A DNA stretch of 64,000 nt from a virus (taxonomy: Duplodnaviria > Caudoviricetes): IMG/VR virus record IMGVR_UViG_3300048691_000224, one strand, 5' to 3'. Positions 16,915-22,649 of the stretch are shown in pieces. A model generated the notes under the pieces. That model was not told the origin of the DNA, did no database searches, and worked only from the letters and a program-made list of their open reading frames with translations. The position numbers and the translations under genes are program-made. How positions within the stretch are numbered: the first letter of the stretch is position 1; each line of letters opens with the position of its first letter.

Positions 16915-17121
16915 TTAACTATAAAATTTCACAACAGATGTTACGAATGTAAAACCCCCATCCACTGCAGCTACTGATGCTAGTGCAATGATGTACCGTG
17001 CATCCCAAGATGCTACCATGGTGGCCGGCAACTCGGCATATAATATCGAAGCAAAATATCGATAGATGATTACGATCGCGACGATTGCAATAATTGCGGA
17101 GAGGATCAAAGAACTGTGCAT
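16915..17121 (-). CDS. Small membrane protein
   Basis: Two hydrophobic stretches. Confidence 0.45.
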   Translation of the reverse strand: MHSSLILSAIIAIVAIVIIYRYFASILYAELPATMVASWDARYIIALASVAAVDGGFTFVTSVVKFYS

Positions 17122-17149
17122 ATTGTTGTGTATAGTATTTGAGGTAAGG

Positions 17150-17224
17150 TGGAGCTGGGTATAGGAGTTGAACCTATATTTTCCGACTGGAGGTCGGACG
17201 TATTATCATTTATACGAACCCTGC
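17150..17224 (-). tRNA. tRNA-Gly(TCC)
   Basis: TCCGA-CCTCCAG-TCGGA; U73; CCA. Confidence 0.85.
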
Positions 17225-17242
17225 GTGATTGCGCTAAGAAGT

Positions 17243-17329
17243 TGGTGGAGGTGGTAAGATTCGAACTTACAGCGCCGTTAAGCACCGGGATTACAATCCG
17301 GCGGGGAAACCAGTCTCCCCAACACCTCC
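17243..17329 (-). tRNA. tRNA-Tyr(GTA)
   Basis: Loop TT-GTA-AT; long variable arm; CCA. Confidence 0.9.
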
Positions 17330-17356
17330 ATAGAATAGGTGTGAAATAATGAATAT

Positions 17357-17433
17357 TGGCGGACTGTGTGGGGAACACGATCCCACGACTTCTTGCTCGA
17401 CAGGCAAGCGCTCTACCACTGAGCTAACAATCC
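17357..17433 (-). tRNA. tRNA-Asp(GTC) with an atypical T-loop
   Basis: CTTGC-CTGTCGA-GCAAG; T-loop ATCGTGTTC. Confidence 0.8.
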
Positions 17434-17444
17434 TTATGTGTTTA

Positions 17445-17533
17445 TGGACCAAGCACTCAGATTTGAACTGAGGTGTGTATGTGATACATGCGGATTTGCA
17501 ATCCGCCCCCTTCGACCACTTGGGTATGCTTGG
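17445..17533 (-). tRNA. tRNA-Cys(GCA) with a long variable arm
   Basis: GCGGA-TTGCAAA-TCCGC; U73; extra arm TGTAT-CAC-ATACA. Confidence 0.85.
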
Positions 17534-17541
17534 TTGTGTGA

Positions 17542-17617
17542 TGGCTGACCAGGTTGGTTTCGAACCAACAACCTTCGGTTTTGGAGACCGACGCTCTGCC
17601 AATTGAGCTACTGATCA
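17542..17617 (-). tRNA. tRNA-Trp(CCA)
   Basis: TCGGT-CTCCAAA-ACCGA; CCA. Confidence 0.9.
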
Positions 17618-17626
17618 AAAAATTAC

Positions 17627-17699
17627 TGGTGGCATCACGTGAGGACTCTTACCCCAGAGTGTGTTATGAAGAACACACCAACAAACGATACACCATGCC
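17627..17699 (-). ncRNA. tRNA-like element with a TAAGAGT T-loop and CCA end
   Basis: GGCAT/ATGCC-A-CCA terminus; TGGGG-TAAGAGT-CCTCA arm; GTGTGT/ACACAC arm. Confidence 0.45.
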
Positions 17700-17747
17700 A
17701 CCACGATGCATTCTGTTTACTATTTCGGTTAATTACGCCGACTAATT

Positions 17748-17823
17748 TGGTTGCGGATGGAACGATTTGAACGCCTCCTTGAGGTTATGAGCCTCATGTG
17801 CTGCCGGATTACACTACACCGCG
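17748..17823 (-). tRNA. tRNA-Met(CAT), initiator-like (C1xA72), with a distorted T-arm
   Basis: TGAGG-CTCATAA-CCTCA; CCA; 5' end overlaps the HNH stop codon. Confidence 0.7.
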
Positions 17824-18632
17824 ATAACTTTTAATTTACTTACAGATTTCCGTAGAAAATAACCCGTTGGTGGTTTTGTTAATTCCCACTTTTTTACCCA
17901 ACGATTCACGCCATTGTCTGACATATTATACTTTTTACCAATTTTTGTTAACGGTATCTTCCACAATAATTCTTGCAATTCCTCTTTTGTAAAGTTTGCT
18001 TTTATAGGTTGTGGAATATATGGCGGCTTCTTTGCAACTGGTGAGTTCAATTGGGTTTTATTTCTACCAGCAAATGTGGTGGTTTGACTATGACAATTCG
18101 GACATAAGAAGCACAAATTTTCTAATCTGTGATCAGTTCGTACTCCATTCTTGTGTTCTAGTTGTAAAGTAATGGGAGTACCTTGCCAAATTGGCCCCAT
18201 ATCACAATTTACACATTTGTATTGTAGAACACCTTCCTTAATCAAACGCTTTTTCAAAGACGAACGGTCATAATTCGTGGATTCTATTAATATTTCTGAC
18301 AGTGGGCGGCCGGTAGATCCATTTCTTGTCTGAGGTCTATTTAAGTGAGGATCGAAATGTGAAATATCTATCCCATACTTCGCAACATATTTCCTAAATG
18401 TAACAGCATTTGATGCAGGAGTAAGCCCCAGCTGTCTTAATACTTCACTCATTGAGACCGATTTTTTAATCAACTCCTCCAACATTTGGCGATTATGCCA
18501 ATCTACTTTAAAACTACCTCTTTTTATATTGACCATACTATAGATTTGTCATCTGCTTGTCTATTTATGATGGCCAGCGAGATGGTTAGTTGGTGGGCTC
18601 ATGTGCTGCCGGATTACACTACACCGCGATAA
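17793..18632 (-). repeat. 35-bp exact direct repeat (17793-17827 and 18598-18632) containing the 5' half of tRNA-Met and flanking the HNH gene
   Basis: ctcatgtgctgccggattacactacaccgcgataa present twice. Confidence 0.95.
17814..18536 (-). mobile_element. Free-standing HNH homing endonuclease
   Basis: CVNC...LQLEHKNG...DHRLENLCFLCPNCHSQT; helical DNA-binding repeats at both ends. Confidence 0.85.
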
Positions 18633-18637
18633 ATTTC

Positions 18638-18719
18638 TGGGTCCATTCTGTGAGGACTCTTACCTCAGATTTTCTTCTACCCTTTCGAGGCAGACACTGT
18701 ATACACAGTAAGAATGACC
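18638..18719 (-). ncRNA. Second tRNA-like cloverleaf with a TAAGAGT T-loop and CCA end
   Basis: GTC-ATTCT/AGAAT-G-GAC; ACTGT/ACAGT; TCTGCC/GGTAGA; TGAGG-TAAGAGT-CCTCA. Confidence 0.5.
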
Positions 18720-18934
18720 ATAGACCCGAGATCATTTCTGTTTACTTCTACACCACGTCTGATGTACTAATTTTGGTTTTAGTTGCTACTGAGCTATATG
18801 CCAATAATATTTGTGAGGCTGTGCGAGCTCATCTGCACACTTGGGCTTTTTGTCTTCTCGTTCCAGCTGGCTCTTACGACTGTAGCGTCACCTCAAAAAA
18901 TGGTGCTCCCTCACTCAATCAGGAATACACAAAG

Positions 18935-19020
18935 TGCTGGACACAGGATTCGAACCTGCGATGGATAATAAAATCAATAGCTTACAAAACTATTCCCGTC
19001 AACCGCTTGGGTAATCCAGC
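18935..19020 (-). tRNA. tRNA-Thr(TGT) with a class II-like body (long variable arm); CCA not encoded
   Basis: GCTGGAT/GTCCAGC; ATAGT-TTTGTAA-GCTAT; 17-nt variable region. Confidence 0.75.
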
Positions 19021-19066
19021 ACTTTGTATACTCACTATGAGTGGTGGGTGCACGTTGTATATCTTC

Positions 19067-19137
19067 AGCGGAATGTCAGAATCGAACTGACAACCACAGT
19101 TTGGAAAACTGTCGTTTTACCATTAAACTAATCCCGC
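19067..19137 (-). tRNA. tRNA-Gly(TCC), second copy; CCA not encoded
   Basis: ACAGT-TTTCCAA-ACTGT; U73. Confidence 0.85.
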
Positions 19138-19235
19138 ATAAGTTGGACGTGTGTCGATGAAGCCCCACGATTATCCAATACGTGGTATTTTTCAGACTTG
19201 GCTTTCCAGTATTTACTGACTGGATACATTTGAAA

Positions 19236-19325
19236 TGGTGGAAGTAGTGAGATTCGAACTCACGGACGGATTGCTCCGCCGGCAGTTTTCAAGACTGCTC
19301 CATTAAACCACTTTGGTACACTTCC
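19236..19325 (-). tRNA. tRNA-Ser(TGA)
   Basis: GCAGT-CTTGAAA-ACTGC; long variable arm; CCA. Confidence 0.95.
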
Positions 19326-19346
19326 TTAAAATATTCGCATAATTTT

Positions 19347-19422
19347 TGGCAGGCCGGGCAGGGTTCGAACCTGCGACACTTCGCGTCAAAGGCGAATGCT
19401 CTACCAGCTGAGCTACCGACCG
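19347..19422 (-). tRNA. tRNA-Gln(TTG), second, divergent body
   Basis: TTCGC-CTTTGAC-GCGAA; G73; 1-72 mismatch. Confidence 0.8.
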
Positions 19423-19431
19423 ACAAAAATA

Positions 19432-19505
19432 TGGTGGACCGTCCCAGAATCGAACTGGGACTATAGCTTGCAAAGCTATCGTGTTACCATCTATACCAAC
19501 AGCCC
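19432..19505 (-). tRNA. tRNA-Ala(TGC)
   Basis: ATAGC-TTTGCAA-GCTAT; G3-U70; CCA. Confidence 0.95.
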
Positions 19506-19522
19506 TTTTGTTTACGCGTGTG

Positions 19523-19597
19523 TGGGTCAAATAATGGGGATCGAACCCATGCTAACAGAATCACAATCTGTGTTGCTACCATTACAACATATTTGAC
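19523..19597 (-). tRNA. tRNA-His(GTG)
   Basis: ACAGA-TTGTGAT-TCTGT; G-1:C73. Confidence 0.95.
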
Positions 19598-19600
19598 ATA

Positions 19601-20218
19601 CTATAACTCACCAAGTTGTTGTGCGCTAATCACGATCCTACGTGCTTGGTGTTTATTGTCGATTCCCCAAATTTCCTTGTTTCGAACAAGCGCCCGATAC
19701 TCAACGTCACTGTTAATTTGGGTAATTTCTCGAGGTGGTATCAGACTTACGTAGTATACCCACAAATCAATACGTAACGCATCCAGAATCCTATTGTCCC
19801 AGAATCGTTGCCCATCTTCCGTTTGTTGCGAGTCGGTAATGATTGATCTATACTTCGGCAACAAGCACTCGAAGAATACAAATTCGGTGAGCCCCCTTGT
19901 CTGAAATACCTGGGAGTCTCTCCACACCATTACTTGCTGTGCACAAGTTGTTCTGAGGTATGAGTTCGAGCCAACAGTAAATTGCATTGCGTATGCCGCT
20001 CTCTGAGTATCATGTTCGATCAGTGCGTATGCTCTCGTCGACTCGTAAAGAGTATAGTCGCCTATTTGTTTGATCGCTATTGGTCGCTTTGTTTCGAAAA
20101 ACTTGTGAGTAAATGCGGCATTCTTAATGTCATCCATCAGATGAAAATCTGTCGGAAACACAGACTGAGGCAGTTCAAACAGCTCCTGCGGCTTGACCTG
20201 TGATTGTATAAATTTCAT
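19601..20218 (-). CDS. Hypothetical protein embedded in the tRNA array
   Basis: 205-aa ORF; IITDSQQTEDGQRFW motif (possibly GNAT-like, unverified). Confidence 0.65.
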   Translation of the reverse strand: MKFIQSQVKPQELFELPQSVFPTDFHLMDDIKNAAFTHKFFETKRPIAIKQIGDYTLYESTRAYALIEHDTQRAAYAMQFTVGSNSYLRTTCAQQVMVWRDSQVFQTRGLTEFVFFECLLPKYRSIITDSQQTEDGQRFWDNRILDALRIDLWVYYVSLIPPREITQINSDVEYRALVRNKEIWGIDNKHQARRIVISAQQLGEL

Positions 20219-20233
20219 TGTGTATCCTAATTT

Positions 20234-20307
20234 TACAGCTACAGAGAATTGAACTCTGATTACTGGTGATGAGAACCCCAGCGTCCTAGACGTTAGACGA
20301 TAGCTGC
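20234..20307 (-). tRNA. tRNA-Glu(CTC), atypical anticodon stem; CCA not encoded
   Basis: Glu-type D-arm TCGTCTA...AGGAC; CTGGGG-TTCTCAT-CACCAG. Confidence 0.7.
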
Positions 20308-20345
20308 ATTTATTTTTCGGCTCTTGCTAACCGATCGATTCATCA

Positions 20346-20485
20346 ATATGATGGTCAGGATTTTAACCTGACGTTTCCACGGGCACGAGTATCCTTATTT
20401 AGACGACTACAGTTAACCCGTAGATGAGTTTCAAAACTCACGTCTCTCGCTGTTGAGGTATCCTAATCTCTAGATGACATCATAT
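20346..20485 (-). ncRNA. 140-nt double-cloverleaf tRNA-like RNA candidate
   Basis: ATATGATG/CATCATAT outer stem; two D-arm+T-arm modules; central CTACGG/CTGTAG hairpin. Confidence 0.6.
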
Positions 20486-20497
20486 AATTAAAAATTT

Positions 20498-20571
20498 TGG
20501 TACAGATACGGGGAGTCGAACCCCGCTTAGTAGAGAGAAAATCTACTGTCCTACCGATAGACGATATCTGC
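20498..20571 (-). tRNA. tRNA-Glu(TTC) with a pyrimidine at position 37
   Basis: GTAGA-TTTTCTC-TCTAC; CCA. Confidence 0.9.
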
Positions 20572-20582
20572 ATTTATTTTTG

Positions 20583-20620
20583 TGGCTCCTTAGACAGGCA
20601 TCTCGAACCTGTATATTACG
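20583..20620 (-). pseudogene. tRNA 3'-half remnant
   Basis: ACAGG-TTCGAGATG-CCTGT followed by ...GAGCCA; no 5' half visible. Confidence 0.35.
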
Positions 20621-20623
20621 GCT

Positions 20624-20697
20624 TGGTCAGGGTAGAAGGAATCGAACCTTCACCACGACGTCCCAAACGTCGCATGATACCATTTCACCACACCCTG
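20624..20697 (-). tRNA. tRNA-Pro(TGG)
   Basis: CGACG-TTTGGGA-CGTCG; CCA. Confidence 0.95.
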
Positions 20698-20702
20698 ATA
20701 AC

Positions 20703-20775
20703 TAATTAGATCTAAGTGTGCTCCTGTTACAAACTGCCGGTGAGGCCTGGCGTAGTGCACACTTAGATCTAATTA
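20703..20775. repeat. Perfect 19-bp inverted repeat with a 35-nt loop
   Basis: taattagatctaagtgtgc / gcacacttagatctaatta. Confidence 0.9.
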
Positions 20776-20960
20776 CTCAGGGTTGAGAGACACAAATTGT
20801 ATTAACGGGAGGAATGAGGCATCAGCGACCACTCATATTACCAACTCACAAATTAATACAAAGCATTTCACGCCCTGAGTAATAAGATATTATTTCACAC
20901 CTATTTGTTAATGATCATTTTTGCTACAGAATTCGATGATTCTGAGTGCACATATAATTG

Positions 20961-20992
20961 AAAAGAGCCTTGTAAATTACTTGGCTCTTTTT
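20961..20992. terminator. Bidirectional intrinsic terminator-like hairpin
   Basis: AAAAGAGCC...GGCTCTTTTT. Confidence 0.6.
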
Positions 20993-21182
20993 GTGTTTGT
21001 TATAATTCTTATTATTCTGAGGGATCAAATTCTTTTTCGATCTCCATAATTTCGATTATCACATACACAGGGAGCTTTACAATCCGCCGGCGTCCAATAA
21101 TTGGCTTCCGTCTGGCAATGTTCACTTCCTGTATTATACGAATTCAAAATCATTTCTTGATCTCTTTATTTGCTATCTGTCT

Positions 21183-21211
21183 ATTATATATGCTTTATTT
21201 ATATAAGTCAA
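21183..21211 (-). promoter_or_regulatory. Sigma70-type promoter (TTGACT-N17-TATAAT) driving the main tRNA array
   Basis: Near-consensus, upstream of the ORF-free structured region. Confidence 0.8.
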
Positions 21212-21233
21212 CAATTATTTTACCAAAATTTTA

Positions 21234-21352
21234 AAAATATTTTCAAATCAAAGTTTAGAAAGGACTTGAACCTCCCATCCAATAGGATAGCAATTGAACG
21301 CCGCCCCGACTGCTCTACCAATGAGCTATAAAATTTGATTTGAAAATATTTT
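21234..21352 (-). ncRNA. tRNA-mimic element E3 (D-arm and T-arm inside a 19-bp perfect terminal stem)
   Basis: TA-GCTC-ATTGGTA-GAGC; GGAGG-TTCAAGT-CCTTT; AAAATATTTTCAAATCAAA and its complement. Confidence 0.65.
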
Positions 21353-21376
21353 AGATTTTCTAACTACTTAGACCCC

Positions 21377-21404
21377 ATTATCAACATTTATTTGAACAGG
21401 TCAA
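21377..21404 (-). promoter_or_regulatory. Promoter (TTGACC-N16-GATAAT) for element E3
   Basis: Family-like -35 box, directly upstream of E3. Confidence 0.65.
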
Positions 21405-21423
21405 CAATTATTTTTCAACTTGA

Positions 21424-21600
21424 AAAATAAATTTAGAAAGAGCGGGTAAAGGGAGATCGAACCCTAACAACTTAGTGGATTTCTCGATAGGTAATATTAC
21501 CTCCTATCGCGGCACAGATCCTCAATACTAATTAGGAGTCTACTAATCTATGCCCGCACGAAGTTGGCTGCCTTGCAACCACTCTTTCTGAATTTATTTT
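21424..21600 (-). ncRNA. tRNA-mimic element E2 (extended anticodon arm, 19-bp terminal stem)
   Basis: GCGGGCA/TACCCGC; GATT/AATT D-stem; AGGG-TTCGATCT-CCCT; CGATAGG/CCTATCG. Confidence 0.6.
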
Positions 21601-21616
21601 ATACAAGAATTGCACT

Positions 21617-21766
21617 AAAAACTGAACACAGTACTCGGTTGGATTTGCACCAACTACCACCTGATGGTTACAGGTCGTACTATTCTCATGGGCTTTATAG
21701 CTAATATTTCCCACTACCTTTGTACTAGCTCTACTATTTAAGCTATCGTTACACTGTTCAGATTTT
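21617..21766 (-). ncRNA. tRNA-mimic element E1 (extended anticodon arm, variable arm, terminal stem)
   Basis: GCTT-AAATAGTA-GAGC; ACCTG/CAGGT; GTTGG-TGCAAAT-CCAAC; CTGAACA/TGTTCAG. Confidence 0.6.
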
Positions 21767-21789
21767 AATGTAATCCTCACTTGATATCC

Positions 21790-21817
21790 ATTATCAATGA
21801 AGTTTCAAACAAGTCAA
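21790..21817 (-). promoter_or_regulatory. Promoter (TTGACT-N16-GATAAT) for elements E1+E2
   Basis: Directly upstream of E1. Confidence 0.65.
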
Positions 21818-21824
21818 CAATTAT

Positions 21825-22025
21825 TTAATTTACTTTCTGGCCGGTGCTGGAATTGATGCACAAAAATCGGCTGGTATTAGAGTCTCCAATTTTACTAGCC
21901 ACAAGCAATGTGGTGCTTGCATTTTTGCAAGCAAGTTCTGATGCATAATTACCTAACACAGCTGGTGCAGCTAATGGATTGTGGAATGATGCTGCAATGT
22001 AAATTAGTGTGTATACGGTCGCCAT
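21825..22025 (-). CDS. Small exported/membrane protein (GxYAS..AC family), paralog of 27254-27466
   Basis: Hydrophobic N-terminus; LGNYASELACK; AAGGA SD. Confidence 0.6.
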   Translation of the reverse strand: MATVYTLIYIAASFHNPLAAPAVLGNYASELACKNASTTLLVASKIGDSNTSRFLCINSSTGQKVN

Positions 22026-22061
22026 TTTGAATTTCCTTTATTAAACTTGCTCTTAGGGTCT

Positions 22062-22089
22062 ATTATACCCCAAATCGGAGTAAGGTCAA
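22062..22089 (-). promoter_or_regulatory. Early promoter (TTGACC-N16-TATAAT)
   Basis: Family member with the -10 palindrome. Confidence 0.8.
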
Positions 22090-22128
22090 CAAGTAATTCA
22101 AGTTTTTATGGTTTTAATCAAAAAAAGT

Positions 22129-22473
22129 TCAGATATCGTGGTAATCCCAGTTTTCAATACATGAACCATATGATTCGATAAAATTATTGTAGGCAGCTTC
22201 CGTCGAGGCTTCTACCAACGATTCTAAATCTCCAACCACTTTACCGTACACTAGGTGTGATGCTTCAAAGTGGTTCACCCACTTGTAATAGTCTTCATGA
22301 ACTTCCGCGACCACTGTCCATCCAGACACTTCATCATATCCAATACAAACTGGATTAAGCGTAATTGCTTCTGTTCTTCTTTGCACACACGAGTTAACTT
22401 TAAATGGTAACTCGTCAACGGTAGGGACAATTGGTCTGTTCAAAAACTCGGTTAATGCTTGATTATTCATCAT
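22129..22473 (-). CDS. Hypothetical protein
   Basis: Likely start MMNNQAL. Confidence 0.6.
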   Translation of the reverse strand: MMNNQALTEFLNRPIVPTVDELPFKVNSCVQRRTEAITLNPVCIGYDEVSGWTVVAEVHEDYYKWVNHFEASHLVYGKVVGDLESLVEASTEAAYNNFIESYGSCIENWDYHDI

Positions 22474-22636
22474 TGATTCCTTCGGAGTACAATCTATCTG
22501 CCTCATCGCACGGGTCTTCGTCGAGTGGATTAGTATCAATCATGATGTGCCCGATGTGAATTTTACCATCTTCAGTTGCACAGCACGGGTCACCAATGAA
22601 GTGTTGGCCAGCGAGTAGCGTTACTTTATTTTTCAT
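22463..22636 (-). CDS. Small hypothetical protein, 57 aa (MKNKVTLLAGQHFIGDPCC...)
   Basis: Translated by hand; fills the gap and overlaps the next start. Confidence 0.45.
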   Translation of the reverse strand: MKNKVTLLAGQHFIGDPCCATEDGKIHIGHIMIDTNPLDEDPCDEADRLYSEGINDE

Positions 22637-22649
22637 GTCAAACTTTCAG

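Noticed and set aside
17627-17699. Opal suppressor or tRNA-Sec (TCA in the loop), implying recoding
   Set aside because: The loop is 6 or 8 nt, there is no long variable arm and the D-arm is degenerate; genes in the window use TAA, TAG and TGA as normal stops
18800-18930. Further tRNA or ncRNA (TGAGG/CCTCA and TGTGC/GCACA stems, GGGAGCACCA fragment at 18901-18910)
   Set aside because: Only short stems and a 10-nt tRNA-like 3' end; not enough to call
18590-19090. + strand ORFs across the tRNA cluster (also 15174-15362, 17106-17378, 17291-17602, 19303-19530, 20497-20709)
   Set aside because: They overlap clear tRNA genes and have no recognisable protein motifs
21065-21140. tRNA-Tyr remnant (GGATTGTAAA)
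   Set aside because: No D- or T-arm; the region folds only as an irregular hairpin
21424-21766. tmRNA
   Set aside because: Too short, has paired D-stems, no GGGG...CCACCA Ala-type ends and no tag ORF
21532-21780. 82-aa ORF from the track
   Set aside because: Starts within a few nt of the predicted TSS with no SD and overlaps structured elements E1/E2
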